A model generated the notes under the pieces. That model saw only the letters and a program-made list of their open reading frames with translations, was not told the DNA's origin and did not search any database. Below, piece by piece: positions 11,600 to 26,813 of a stretch of DNA of 64,000 nucleotides. Origin of the DNA: Octopus sinensis (lineage: Eukaryota); assembly GCF_006345805.1 (NCBI RefSeq), contig NW_021833024.1, positions 186,001 through 250,000 on the forward strand, read 5' to 3'. A program made the translations under genes and the position numbers. How positions within the stretch are numbered: position 1 is the first letter of the stretch; each line of letters begins with the position of its first letter.

Positions 11600-14200
11600 A
11601 CATTGAAAAATAGCGTTAGTAAAGTTATCTTGCTTGTGCCACCCTCTCCTGGATGCGTTTTGTTAATCGCTTCCTAATCCCTCTGTTCCTCGATAGTTCC
11701 CTCAGGTGCTCAAGATCGTCTGCTGATTTCAACCCTTTTTCAATCAAAGTTAGGTCTTGATGCAGAAGGGTTGCTAGAGTAATTCGTGGTCTTCCTAGGA
11801 AGGTCGTTTCCGGATGAGGAGCGTACTGGTGTTTCATTGCGAGATTTGGGGAGTTTTCCTGTCCATTCTTAGAATAAGCCCCATCTATTAATTCTTATTT
11901 CTTCGTCCAACGGATGTACATTTTAATTGAAGTAAAGATGTTTGTTTGATATGCGTTTTGACCAAAAAATTCTTAGGATGTATTTCTGCTGCATTCTATG
12001 GAAGGAATTCAGATTTTCCATTTCCTGCACTATGAGTGCCCAAGAGGAGGAGTTGTACAATAAGACTGGTTTACAAAAATATTGTATAGTTTGATTTTAA
12101 AGACGCAGAAATTTGTTTATCTCTAACCATACGTTATTTTATCTGTTAAGCGCAAAAGTTGTTTCGAATACTCTGGATTTCTGACTTCCGAGCTGGATAA
12201 ATAGTTAAGCGGAGGATGCAATCTTCCTCGAGTAGTGGCGTTAATATTTGTATCATCTTAACTCTACTGATTGAGTCAAATGCTTTAGATAGGTTGATTC
12301 CCATTATGTGGTACTCCTCTTTATATTCTTGGCACGAAGCACACATCCATTTGTGGCTATAAACAGCATCAGAAGTTGATCTTCCAGAGACAAACCCATT
12401 TTGGCTAGGTCAGATAAATTCACGTAGTGGGCCTTTAATTCTCTCCAGAGCAATTAGTGATAAAATTTTACGCAGTGAGTTGAGTAGTATGATTGATCTT
12501 AAGCTGCTTAGCTTTCCTTTTTCCTTCCCGCGTTATGTAAGGGGATTAACTTTTCGATTACAATGTTAATTCTGGAGTGTTCTTCAAAAGTTTTGTTCAA
12601 AATGTAAGTAATAAGTTTTTGGAGCTCTTCAGGAGCATATTTCATGAGCTCTGCATTAAATTTATCTGACCTGGAGCTTTTGAGTTGTTTAGTCTGATCA
12701 CAGATTTTTTAACTTCAGTTAAAGTAATTTCTTGAGATAGTTTTCTGAGGGCTCCATCAAAAGGATAAAGCGTTTCTTCGTTTTCAAAATTGAAATATTT
12801 TTCAAAGTGGTCGGCTATAGTGTCTGTGCGTTTCTGGTTGTTGTAAATGGTTCTTCCGAGTTCATCATGAACTGTTAGATTTTCAGATTTCTTCTTTCGC
12901 GCTAGCATCTTTACAGATGCAAATATTTTCGCTTCGTTTTTGTACTTTCCCACTCATTTGCAAGGCTTTGTAGCTCTGTTTCGTAATTTTTCTGACATTT
13001 TTTCTTGATTTCTTGCATGATTGTGTTTTTTTGGATTTTGAACTCAGCTGCTTTCACTTGGTTGTGGGTGTTTATGTATTTGATACGTAGATTCTTTTTT
13101 AAATGAGAAAGGTAATCTATATGCGGGTCATGTATTCCTTTGAAGGATTTGGGAATTGTCCCAATCGTATGTTTAGTCACTGATTTTATTTTGTTTGCGA
13201 GTTTATTCCATATACTTCCAGCAGGTAAATTGAGATTGATCGATTCTATGGGTTGTGATATTTTAGCTGAGTAGTTATTTCTATAGACAGGATTGTTTCT
13301 CAAGAGTTCGACTGCAAATCTGGCTTCTCAGTGTCTGTTTTTGACTCTGTTAATCAAAAATCTTCCCGTTAGGAGAAGTTTGATTACCAATAGTTTATAA
13401 TCACTCAATGTTAGCGTTCCTACATATGTTCTGGCGTCATGAAGTAGAGCTTTCTATGATTGTCGGCACAGTATGTAGTCAATTCGGTTATATATTTTGA
13501 TTGAATGTCCATCTGAGTTTCTGCGCTCTCCAGTCCATGTCGTGATATGCCTTGCAGGGTGTTAGAATGCTGTGTTGCAAATAAATAATTGTTTATTAAT
13601 CACAAAGTTGGCCATAATTGCCCCAGAAATGTTCCTCAGACCTCTTCCATGGGTACCTATGAAGCTCAGTTCTTTAATTCCTTTTCCGATCTTCGCGTTC
13701 CAATCTCTACTTATGTAAAGTTGATAGCTCGTGTATATTTCCATAAGGGTCTTACATAGTGAACTGTAAAAGTCATCCAGTTCCGTTCGGTTTTTAGAGA
13801 CTTTTGGAGAAGTATGCGCATATACATTTATAATTGTAATTGTCGATTTAGATCCAGTTTCCAATTGAATTACGCAGATTCTGTCATTCACTTTCCATAT
13901 TCTTTTTATATATTCTCGAAGTCTCATAGTGGTGACAGTTGAGGGAAGCAAGATAAGCTCATGGTCAGCATTTTATTCGTTAAGTCCTTCTTTGACTTTG
14001 GTCTCTTGCAGGCAGAGATAGTGATGTTGTATCGTGTCAGATCCTGGCAGAGTGACCTCCTTTTGACCGATGCTAGCGTGAACAGAGAGTTTGAAAAGGG
14101 TGAAAAAGACATTAGTGCAATTTGAGATGCGTCATCAACCTCAACCGAAAAAAGGCATGTGGTGGCTTAGCAGCCTGAACAGCTCGCAAATTGACTTATC
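11600..14200 (-). mobile_element. Decayed near-full-length RTE LINE (APE + RT)
   Basis: APE motifs ITIINVYA, DWNAKIG, GRGLRN; RT motifs RPIILLNS, KAFDSISR; C-terminal GRPRITL. Many stops and frameshifts. Confidence 0.92.
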
Positions 14201-14919
14201 GTCGTCATCAACGTTACTGAAGTATTAAAATATCTTTTTTCCGATCAGAAAAATAATTGTTGTCCAGCACAACAAACCAGATTTTGTTGGCAAAGAATAG
14301 GCAGATAAAAATTTAGAGGTAAGTCGTTTGCAGACAGGGAAAGTGACCTTCTCGCAAACGCATGTGTGATGATTTCTATGTCTATTTAATTTATATTTTT
14401 TCAAACATATATTTTCTGACCCTTATTATATGTGACCGTCCCCTGGACGTTCCGACAACGTCTGATTAACTTTTTTATTATGATCAATCTCTCAATTTTA
14501 TAGTTACTGTACTTAAAGTCTAGATCGTCAGTGGTTTTATTTCTTTGCATGAAAAGATACTTTGTCACAAATTTGCCTTCCTTCTCATCTCTGTTTCAAA
14601 ATCTTTGTTCAGTTAGGTTTTTTCATAACATGCAGGCTCCGCAAATTGATTGGAAAAAGAGGCGGAAGAATTGAGTGTGAAAGAGCCGAAATAAGAATTT
14701 CTACTTATTCAAACTATTTAGCTATTCAAATATATTAACCTATTAACAAAGCAATAAAATTCCTCATAAAAACCAATAATATATCGCTAAAATAAAAACA
14801 CTCAATAAACTTGACAATAAAAATGGTTTCTATTTCAATGCAGTTGGCATAGAGAAAAACAAAAATTAAAACAACCGATTTATTAAGAAAAAAAGTCGAT
14901 ATCGATTAACGTAAAAGCA

Positions 14920-14974
14920 AAAGACAATTCGTGAAAATGACAATTTTTGTGTCAAAGTCAGTCAACAGGCCTTT
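14920..14974 (-). promoter_or_regulatory. Candidate SECIS element (atypical UUGA core)
   Basis: Minus strand AAAGGC-CUGU-UGAC-UGACUUUGACAC-AAAAA-UUGUCAUUUUCA-CGAA-UU-GUCUUU: helix I, UGA/GA core, 12-nt helix II and apical As, 17 nt after the selenoprotein stop. Folded by eye. Confidence 0.55.
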
Positions 14975-14991
14975 ATACTAATACGATGAAA

Positions 14992-15287
14992 CTAATTATT
15001 GCAAACTTCCCGAATGGACTCAACAATCTATTTATGATTAAGAAAAGTCTGATACCACGTTGAATTCGGGAAATTTACCGCTTGCTAGTTTTGAGTGTAT
15101 CAGTTTGCCGTCTATCAGCACCTCAAAAGAGCTTCGTTCTCCTTTTGAAATATCAATCTGGAGATCGGGAAATGCTCCTCTGAGTTGATCGGCCAACTTC
15201 TTGGCCTTAGAGAGGTACCCTCAGGAGGTACTAAATGTATGAAAGATATTATTCACACCAATAAAATATAGAAAGCTTATGACTCAT
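14992..15287 (-). CDS. SELENOW2/MIEN1: Rdx-family selenoprotein (SelW2/MIEN1-like), 78 aa, Sec at UGA 15221-15223
   Basis: Introns 15231-15258 and 15028-15058 give MSHKLSIFYCTSUGYLSKAKKLADQLRGAFPDLQIDISKGERSSFEVLIDGKLIHSKLASGKFPEFNIVESIREVCNN*, with CxxU-GY and FEV..G.LIHSKL..G.FP motifs. Confidence 0.9.
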
Positions 15288-15574
15288 TGACACAGAAAAA
15301 CAGCGTGATATTATTTTATTCATAATTTTTTAAAAAAATGTACAATTAATAGATAATTTATTGAAATAATGTTTTTATTTAAATCTAAAAATATTAAAAA
15401 AATATTAACAATCAATTTTGTTTTGTTTGATTAAAAATTATACTTATAAGAAACCTGTTTTTAAGAAACTTCTAAACCATAAATATAATTTTAAATATTA
15501 ATTAAATTATAGAAATAATTTTTAAATTAAATGCACTTAAATAAATATACTTTGTTTAGGTTATACCACTTGAA

Positions 15575-16150
15575 ATGGCTCCCTACAAGAAAAAACGACC
15601 AAAAAATAAATTGTATATACCTTAAATCTAAAAATATATATTTATACATACTTTCCCCAAATTTAAACTTTTTAGAGCCTTTAAAAATGACTCTAAATTT
15701 AATCAAAATTTCGGACACGTATCCAATGGCAATATCTCTAATGAAACAGCCAAAGTCCCCATTTGTGAAGAAAAAATAGAAAAGTTATTTTTAAAATTTA
15801 TTTCTAGCACTTCGGAGCCTGTATCAAGTGGGGAAAAACTCAATTTATACAAGTAGATTTGAAATTTTTAAATTTTTAGTGAAATTAAACAACTTGAGAC
15901 TAAATTTAACGAAATTTGCCTAAAAAACGACTCCCGCGGCTACACATGTCAAAAATGCCTTCATAAATTCTCCACCGCGGCTTTCCGCAGTCAGTCCGAC
16001 AGTCTACTTGAAACACGGAAAACTTTAAAAATCTCAGAACGGAGATTTGCCGTTGAAAACACGGAAGAAAACAGTCTTGGCTTCTATTCAGAAAACAGTA
16101 AAGAGCCTTCCCAAATGTATGATGTGGTTTTGATTATTTGTCGATTATGA
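15575..16150 (+). CDS. Spliced ORF upstream of SRPK (SRPK N-terminal extension or a separate gene)
   Basis: MAPYKKKRPKNK.. with 3 GT-AG introns. It either runs to TGA at 16150 or splices (donor 16117) in frame to the SRPK exon at 16286. Confidence 0.5.
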
Positions 16151-16235
16151 TTACGTAATATCGATTTAGTAAACTTTTAATTATTTATTAATTTAATTGG
16201 CGAATTTTATTAATTATTATTTAATAAAAATTTAT

Positions 16236-17955
<1,720 letters not shown>

Positions 17956-18580
17956 CATTTATTGACGACTTTATATTGGCTATAACTTGTTTATTCTTTG
18001 TTTGAATTTATGATAAGGTCGGTAGTAATTGCTTTTCTTGTATTTCATTAAGAGTAGGCATTTTTAGTTGTTTGAGATTTATGTGCCGTTATAAATGGCT
18101 ATAATATCATGTTGTATAATTTGTAAAAATAGATCCTTATGACTTATAAGCTCGGTTAAAAGATGTTTCTCTGAGATAAAGAGTTTTCTAAGATTCAACC
18201 AAAATTTTCTACCAGAAAATTATGTAATTTATATGTGTAACAGTGTTTTTATTGTTTTTATGTCAATAAAGTTATTTTTTAGGTTAAATTTTTTATTTTT
18301 TAGATTACAAAAATCATCAAAAAACCTCTGATCGAGTTACGTTTTTTAATGGGTGACTAAAAACTTGTCAAATAACTGTCATTGCGATCAGTTAATCTAT
18401 TCCCAAGATATGGACTTTTAATTCTAGTTTTATTCGAAGAGTTACTCCATGAAGCATTCTTGTCATAAAAATGACTTTTTAGTAACTCGTAGATTTTACT
18501 AAAACAATAAAAATACAATCGGCCCTAGTAATCTCGCCAACAATAACACAATTATATTAAATATCAAAATTGAGTAAATT

Positions 18581-19416
18581 TTAGTGTGTCATCCCTCTTA
18601 CTAGGCCTTCCAGAAAATCTCTGTCATGAGAATGAGGAAGTTGTTGTAGCGATTTTATAGCCTCGGTAACATGTTCTTCCAATTTCCCGACATCCCCACC
18701 GGAATAATAAATCTAAAATCCAAAATATCCCCAAACTTGATTAGCAAAAACAAAATTCCGTCCAAACTGACTACAAACCGGCCAAAAGTGACTATTCCCA
18801 GAAAGGAGAGTGAGTGCCCCACAAATAACCCCCAAAAACGAAGCCTCACTGTCAGAAGTGGTGGACCGAGAAAAGTACTCCTCAAAAGCACATTTCATCA
18901 TCTCCCCAATACTTTCCGATACAACCACAAGGATCTACAAATCATTAACGTAACCCACCTCAGAATGCTCTAATTCTGCAAGGAGAAGTGACACACGTGA
19001 CAAAAGGAAATCCCCGAGAAGAATAAGCCCATTGACACATTCTCCACTTTTTATACGTTGGTGGAGGGTTAAGGCAATGGGGACAATGTCACTGACTTGT
19101 GCCAACAATGCCCCTCTGAGGACTGAGAATTAAATTTACCTTTCTACCAGATTAGGTGGGGACTTGTCGTGGAGGAGTGTTTGGCACATAAGTCGAGTTA
19201 TTAAGGGGTATATTCTTGGGGATGACAGTTCGTGCTTTATTTGACTATAATTCACTTGGAGGGAGGTCACCCGATCTTAGGGTTGGATTTGAGTAACACC
19301 CTCCCAAGGACTTTGATTTGGTCGTCCTCCATATACTTGTAAGGAATATCACCTTTCAGATGTTTTAGAGCTTTTTTAATCATATTTTTGTAGGAGCAAT
19401 TAGATTTAACAAACAT
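18581..19416 (-). CDS. PDSS2: Decaprenyl diphosphate synthase subunit 2-like (non-catalytic prenyltransferase subunit)
   Basis: Spliced LLAQVSDIVPIALTLHQRI..NGLILLGDFLLSRVSLLLAELEHSEILVVVSESIGEMM matches the PDSS2 pattern and has no DDxxD. Four mini-introns; only fragments appear in the ORF track. Confidence 0.7.
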
Positions 19417-20399
19417 GTAACACCACACTGATTTTGAAATTTAAAAAATCAAGTCACGATAAAACAATTTATTCAATTATTTTTATTATAAATATTATTT
19501 TGGATTATTACACTTTTTCGTGATTTTTTCGTGTCTAATCTATGCCAAAACGAATTATAGAACGATAATCTCTAAAAAAATTTGTTTTTAAAACAAATTC
19601 AAAAATGTTATCTAATTTTAATTTTAAATCCTAAAAAGTCTTAATTGGCTTATTAAACAAATACTCCGTTAGTAAATCGAAACATCCAAATAGAAGGATC
19701 AGCAAGATATTTATCTACCAGTTTGTTTTTGTATTTTTAAAATAGAGTCTTTACTCTGCATATAATAGATCCCGTTATTTCCGATTCGTTTTTAACGTCA
19801 ATGAAATTGATTTAGTGTATTTCCTTCATTTTATAAATCAGATTACTGGATCCTGTGGTTTTCCGCAATGAGCGTAAAATCACTAATTAGTTTTAAATAC
19901 CTCTCTATATTGAACAAAATGTCCACGTCAAAACATCATGTTCACTAATGTCTATAGTGAACAAAAATAAAACAAGTAATTAAATTGAATTTCTTCAACT
20001 TTTCCGTAACCTTTTTCGTGATCTACATTATCTATGCTTGTCTTCAAATGATTTTATTATGCTGGCTACCATTATTGTTGACAGGGTGACCTACATAGTT
20101 TGACACTAATTACTGACTAAAGATTATTGTTAAAAATTTTAAAACAACTTCACATTTTTTAACTCTATTCATAGTAACTATCTTGATTTCATTTTGTAGT
20201 TTCAATCTAAATGTTAGGAAGAACAACTGACCATTAATCTGCAGAAACGAATTTTCTTTAGATGTAAATAATTGTTAATATCTAATTATACCTATCGTTA
20301 AAATCTTTATATCTTCTAACATCAATAAGATCCGCCTTTATTCAAAAATACTTTTAATGACCAAACAATACATCTTTTGCAACAAATGTATAGTCTGCA

Positions 20400-20995
20400 A
20401 ATCCTTAAAAAATTAATCTGCTTTTGGTAAAACTTAACATCTACTTTTAAAAGCTGGAAATAAATTTAAAAAAATTTTTCTCAAATTTTAAAAACTATTG
20501 GAATTCAAAAATCAACTGATGGATCTACTTTGCGAAGAAAATAAAATCACACATGTTTATGGAAGATCAAACAATCTCCATTCACAAGTTTATAAAATTT
20601 GAAATAAATCAAGGGTATTTCTGGAATTAACAGTGTGATTCATAAAATACCAGGTTATAATCGCATTTATAATTTAGAATCTAAATTATGAAAGTTTGGT
20701 TGCCATTTGCTACTTCATATTTATGCGAAACTGGATTTTCTGCACTAGCTGCAATTAAATCTAAATATCGAACTCGTTTAGTAGTGACTAATGAGCTAAG
20801 AGTAGCACTCTCTGCGATGACACCAGATTTGAAAAACTTTGCGCCAAGATGGAAAAAAATTATCTCATTAACTTTTTGTTTTAAAAATTGTTTTTGATAA
20901 AATAATAATTGTATTATATTATGGAATATAAAGGGAGGCGCAAGATTGTACTTTTCTCTAAGGGAGGCGCGTAAAAAAAAGCTTGGAAACCTCTG
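20400..20995 (+). mobile_element. hAT/Buster (ZBED5-like) transposon 3' end
   Basis: LPFATSYLCETGFSALAAIKSKYRTRL..ELRVALS; terminus GCTTGGAAACCTCTG followed by ATTTAGAT. Left boundary approximate. Confidence 0.85.
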
Positions 20996-21059
20996 ATTTA
21001 GATTATAATAATGAGGCCTCGTTTGTAGAAAATGAACTTGATCATAAATTTATTACGTA

Positions 21060-22156
21060 CAGTAAACCTCTCGAATCCGCCGATTTTGGGACCGACCAAA
21101 AAATCGGCGGATTCGAGAAATCGGCGGATTCGATAGGCAATTTAAATAATATTTTATAGTTGAAATATGAACTTACAATATAGATTAAGTATTTCTTTTT
21201 ATATACAAATGACTGAATACATAAAATTATTTATATTCAAAAAAATCAGAAATTTTATTTTTTAATTGATTTTCTTAACATTTCCCCAATTCGCATAATA
21301 TTTCATGATCATCTATATCTGCATTTACCTGAGAAGCATAAGTTTTAATAATCTCTAGAGCTCTGAAGGCTTCTGAGAGATCAACTTTTTTTTCATTTGA
21401 TTCCTCTTCAATAATTGTTTCCTAAGTATAATTATTAAATAAATCACTAACTGATTGAACTTTTTTTGACTGTAATGTACCAGCTTGTTCAGATTGTTTA
21501 AAAATTCGATTAGCTCTTCATTTTCAGTATATCCGTAATCAACAAATTCACTATAAGATATTGGATCGTCAATTTGAAATTTCTTTATTATTTCTTCATT
21601 TGAAATTTGATGAGATGGACATTGATCTATTACAAGTAGAATTTTTCTTTTTTTCTTTGCAAGTTCACAATCAAAATCACTGAGCCACTTGTTAAAAATT
21701 TCACGGTTCATCCATGCCTTATTGGAATGGGTGTAGTAAATATTTTTCCAATGTTGAAAATTTTAAAACCCCTTGGACTTTTGAATCTTCCTATCATCAC
21801 AGGCCTTCTTTTATCGGAACCAGAACAATTTGCGCATAAGAGTAACGAAAATCGATCCTTCGACAACTTTATTCCAGGCCGTGATTTGGTGCACACACTT
21901 TTGGAAGGAATCGCCTTGTAAAAAACACCAGTTTCATCTGCATTATAAAACATTGTCCAATCATATTGTTCAATTTTTAAACTCATTGTTCATTAAAATC
22001 AGTAATAGATTTTTCATCATGATTTACTGATCCACTGTCTCCGTGAAATTTTCTTAACTTGATACCATTTCGTAATTTAACTTTTCTAGCCACCCACGAC
22101 TTGCGGATTCGAGAAGCGGCGGATTCGAGAAGCAGCGGATTCGAGAGGTTTCACTG
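21060..22156 (-). mobile_element. Internally deleted Tigger/pogo element
   Basis: TIRs CAGTAAACCTCTCGAATCCGC, TA flanks, repeated GCGGATTCGAG; remnants YNADETG and LVIDQCPSH. Confidence 0.93.
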
Positions 22157-22439
22157 TATTTATTTTTAGAAACGAATAATAAAATTTTTGATTTTACTTC
22201 TAAGATGGGAGTACATGGGCCAAAATATGATTTTAAAATAAGGACTGAGATATAATTGAATAATAACAGTTTAGGTTCGAATTTTGAAAGATTGTGCGAC
22301 GAATCTGTCGTTGAAGGTACACATATTTGAATCCCCATATGAAGAAAAGGGTAAAGTAAAAAATATAATTTCTAATAACAGATTAATGGTTAGTTATCTT
22401 TCCTAGACTTTACTGGACCCTTTTATAATAAATTATTTT

Positions 22440-23400
22440 TGTTGTTAATTGAAGGTCAAACTATGTAGGTCACGCTGTCAACAACGAAGGTCGCTCGGTC
22501 GCCAGCGTGGTATAATCGCCAGAGTTGGGCAGGACATATTATTCTTTGATAAATGGGTTGTAACTTCTATTTGGAGAGAAAAAAAGAGTTTCATGTTACT
22601 GAACTCTAAATCATGTGAGTATACAGTAGCATTATCAAGTAGAATTAGACTTTGAAAAATCATTTTTTTGTTCAATTCTATAAGCCATTTTGAGAAATAA
22701 GCATATATGATCCTCGCTTTTTAATTTGATTTGTATTCCACTTGTAAATTATTAATTAAATTTCTTCTTCCTTTAAAGCAGGGCGGATTTTTAGCTTTTC
22801 CAATAAAAAATGGATCAAGTTTTTCTCCCATCATACTAACCCAAAACATAACAGTTGCTCGTTCTTTTATCGGTTTAATAGATAAATTCTTGCCCAAATC
22901 AACAACTAATGTTCTGATGTACAAAAGTTTAAAAAACAATCCAGTTTCGTGCAAATTAAGAAAATATTTTTTGAACAATATTGTTCCGATTTTCTATTGG
23001 GCTTTCTGTAAAATTTTCAATCACAGAGGTTGCAACAAATTGATTTTCCCCACATAAAGCACGAGAAGCAATGCAATATCGAGCTTTAAATTTCTCAAGC
23101 CATCCATTTGATGCCTGAAATCCTTGAATATTACAAACTTTCGCCATTTTTAGAGGCATGGACTTCAAAAGATATTCATTGATTGTAAATCCAAATGATC
23201 ATTTTTTAGCGAACCATTCAAATTGATCTCTGTCGAATGGCTGAGATTTGGGCAAGTAAATTTTCTTCTTTTTTTGCCCATCTTAAAAAGTAAATATTTA
23301 TTCAGAATTTTGTTTATGCAGCCCAGAGAAACATTAAAATTAAGGGATAAATCACGCTGTGTATAATGTCTATTTTTTATTATAAAATTCGATCATTTCC
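22440..23400 (-). mobile_element. Decayed Tigger/pogo transposase
   Basis: FQASNGWLEKFKARY, NLHETGLF, KERATV, LLDNA; TIRs not identified. Confidence 0.85.
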
Positions 23401-23757
23401 TTCTTTCAACAAATGACAGACGTTTTCAATTTTGGACCATGCTAACGACTTCAGGACGTGTAATTTATTTATTTTAAGAATTTTAATATACAGATGTACT
23501 GAATCTAAACAGTTCGTTGACATGAATCCGTCCATCCGTGCACTGAACGTGGGCAATAAGAGGTTGAGGTTGATCGAATAAAACACTAAAAAAACGAAAA
23601 CGGAAACTGAATAACTATTAATTATCCAGATTTACAAATATTAAATTTAATATTTTTATGTTTATAGTGAACACCAAAATATTTATATAAATGATATCAT
23701 GCATTTTTAAAAGTGGTATTCATTTTATAATTAATATATTAATGAGAATTACTAATA

Positions 23758-24914
23758 CAGTTTACCCTCTATTGCTCGCCAATTCTATTGCTCGCCATTT
23801 CTATAACTCGCCACTTTTTTGGAAAAAATGCCATTTTTACTAAGGAAATTCCATTGCTCGCCAAATTCTCTTACTCGCCACGTTTTATTAAAAAATTAAA
23901 ATTTATTATTAAAAAAAATAATTTTTTCAAATATTTATACCGCGTGTTTTTTTTGTAAGATGAGGAAGTGCTCAAGATTATCTTATGATCAAAAAAGAGA
24001 AATTATAAATTATTTTATTGATAATTCTTCTCTAAGTCTAAGGCAGTTTCAGAAATTTTTCGTCGCGTTTCAAAAATCAATTTCGAGACGTGCAATTAAC
24101 GATCTTAAATTGAACAAACAAAGATTCTTGGAATTAATCCAATTTATGGGAGAAGTTCTCGTTTTTCGAAACTTAGATATTCAGCAATTGATTCTGAAAT
24201 CATTGCCTGGATAGATTACATGGAATCTATTGGAGTTTGCCTCAATGATGAGATAATTTTGTCGAAAGCAACTGAAATTGCTGCGTTAAACGGTCTCTTC
24301 GAATTTAAAGCCAGTAAAGGATGGCTTGAAAAGTTCAAAAAAAGGCACAATGTAAAACTAAGAATTTTTCATGGTGAATTGGGATATACTGCGGATGAGT
24401 TCAAAGACCAAATCGAAGACTTAAAAAAAATTATCTCTTCTAAAATAAATGAATATGGTTCAGAAAATGTTTATAATGCCGACGAAACCGGCGTATTTTA
24501 CAAGACCATTCCATCAAAAAGTGAAAATGCAATTTTAGACAGTTCAATTACTGAAGATTGTGAAAGAAACAACTGTATTACACATCGAGATGCGATAAAA
24601 TGTATTTCGGACCTCAAAAAATATTTTTCACATGACGATAATTTTGACGTGAATATGCGAGAAAGTTTATTAAAAATGCAAAAAAATATAGAGAAAAGAT
24701 CATACAAAAAAACTATAAATGATTACTTTACTTAAAATTTTGGTTTTTTAAATAAATGTTTCGGCTATTTATTTAAATGTTTAGATAGTTAAAAATTATA
24801 GAAATTTTTTGTTGATAGAAAATAGGATACTGATTATTTCTCTTACTCGCCAAATTCTCTTAGTCGCCAATTTTGGCTTGGTCCCAAAAATGGCGAGCAA
24901 TAGAGGGAAGACTG
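23758..24914 (+). mobile_element. Internally deleted Tigger/pogo element (second family)
   Basis: TIR CAGTTTACCCTCTATTGCTCGCCA and its inverse, TA flanks, CTCGCCA subterminal repeats; FKASKGWLEKFKKRH, YNADETG. Confidence 0.93.
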
Positions 24915-25169
24915 TACTTGTATTGGAGATTGCATTAATATGTTCTGTTCACTATAAAGAGGGTTGACTATATTAAAATAATCCTTTAATCTCCACTGGA
25001 AAAAAATTTATTATTTTGCGGTAATAATCTCGTTTTTAAATCAGACAATGACTTAAATAGTTCAAAATGCCAAAATTAGTCAATTAGGTCACCCACTAAT
25101 AAAACATCAGTCAAAAGACAAGAAAATAAATATAACTTTACATCATAAAATAAATCATGACAGAATCAA

Positions 25170-26813
25170 TTAGAAATCAGACGATTCCGTCGTCTTTTCT
25201 TCGCAATACTACTCAATAAAGCAGAATAGACACTACCAATTGGCTCTCCCGGACTATTTTCTCCACGAATTCCAACTTTCGGTTATTTTGATCTTCATTT
25301 CTGACTAAATTAAAACAAAATAACTTTATTTCAGGATTAGACTGTTTCTGAACACATTCATTGAACACTTGCTCGTCAATTTTAATCAAAACATCAGAAA
25401 CAGAAGACGCCAACGAGACAATTCCTCTGAGAATTTATTTATGGAATTTAACAGATTCCAGTGGCTTTGGGCTGCCTGAATCGACTGAAAAATGCTGGGA
25501 ATTGCAATATTTGAATTCTCAGAAATAAATTTGACAAAACAATTGTTGTTGAAAAACAGCAATGCCCTTTCCGCGATCTTTCCATTAAAAATAACACAAA
25601 ACCTGAAAATGCTGACTTGAGAACAAAACACTCAATTTCTTAAGCAGAGGGTCCATCACCACGGAAATCTCCTGGGTATTTGAATGCTCCAACACATCGT
25701 CCAATTCCCCCAAAAAGAGCAACTAAAGCCTCAAATCGACACTAAACCTCCTTAGCGCTGTTTCCCTTGGGCCAATATTTAAAAAGAGCAGAAATCACCT
25801 GAAAGAAAATGACGGAAAAAACAAACCATAGACACAAGTCGGCTATCCTTTCGTACAAACTGAACAACACAGTACGTCAACTGAGAAAAAAAGACAAACA
25901 CGCCAACAGTTCGATGAAGGGGCAAGATCTGCTGTTCCAAGTAGTTTTTGTGAGATTCCTTGAGAGGAAGAGCAAATCCATTGATTATACTAAAAGTCAA
26001 GGAATCTGCCCCTAAACCTGCCCAGGACTATCAAAAGTTCTTCAATTCCATAAAAATTCTCATTTGAGTACGCAAAACTAGGAAAAAATAAACCAAAAAA
26101 TGAATTAAACCTGGTAAAAATATGCCCGACTTTCTTACGTACAAATAAACGAATTTTGACAAATTTTCCGTAAATTTTATGAAGCAAAAGTCTCAGATAT
26201 TCCCTTTCCCGCCCATCCTCATTATTAAACGCCATCAAAATCTACAAAAATGTCAAAATTCAGAAACAACCTTAGAAATGAGCTTTTCGGTCACCAAACC
26301 GTTCAAATCCGAAATATTTGAATATTCAATAATACGCAAAAATAACTCATAGACAGGCTATAGTCTTAAAAAACTCTCCAAACCTGTAAATAACACCAAA
26401 CAGGGTCCAAAAATTGGTCCTCAATGTCCTCAATGTCGATACTTGTTTGATAAAACTTACGGAGTGGAATTTTTCTCGAAATATTGGATTCAAACTAAAA
26501 GAATTGAGAGAGAATTACCATTGAAAATAAATTTGGATAGCAGGAAATGGGGATTTGACTTCCTTCCTGGACGTAGGACAGCAAATCTACGACACACGTA
26601 TGATATTCCATAAGGGTTGATGGAATTGGGTCATCGACCTCATTTAAGTGGTGGAGAGAGTTGATATCGTTGAGGGGGACTGTGCTAAGGATGGAGAACT
26701 TGATGTTTAGTATTCGGGTCAGTTGAGATTTGGGGACTTCTAAAGATTTTGTTTAAAACAGGCCTGCCATTGAGAGGGGTAAAAAATTCCTGACTAGTGA
26801 TATTGTTTGACAT
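25170..26813 (-). CDS. PPP2R5: PP2A regulatory subunit B56 (B')
   Basis: EDGREREYLRLLLHKIYGKF, GIEELLIVLGSIINGFALPLKESH, KYWPK.NSAKE, HFQIAERAL, SHWN; mini-introns. Start approximate. Confidence 0.93.

Noticed and set aside
11600-14200. Hammerhead ribozymes or Penelope-like elements among the retroelements
   Set aside because: No convincing CTGANGA..GAAA core or GIY-YIG domain was seen; the motifs fit APE-type LINEs and RLE-type CREs.
14625-14700. KH-like LIGKRGGRI peptide
   Set aside because: Isolated short match with no supporting exons or splice structure.
21060-24914. Short repeated motifs (GCGGATTCGAG, CTCGCCA) as a CRISPR-like array
   Set aside because: They are subterminal repeats within Tigger TIR regions, with no regular unique spacers, in a eukaryotic context.
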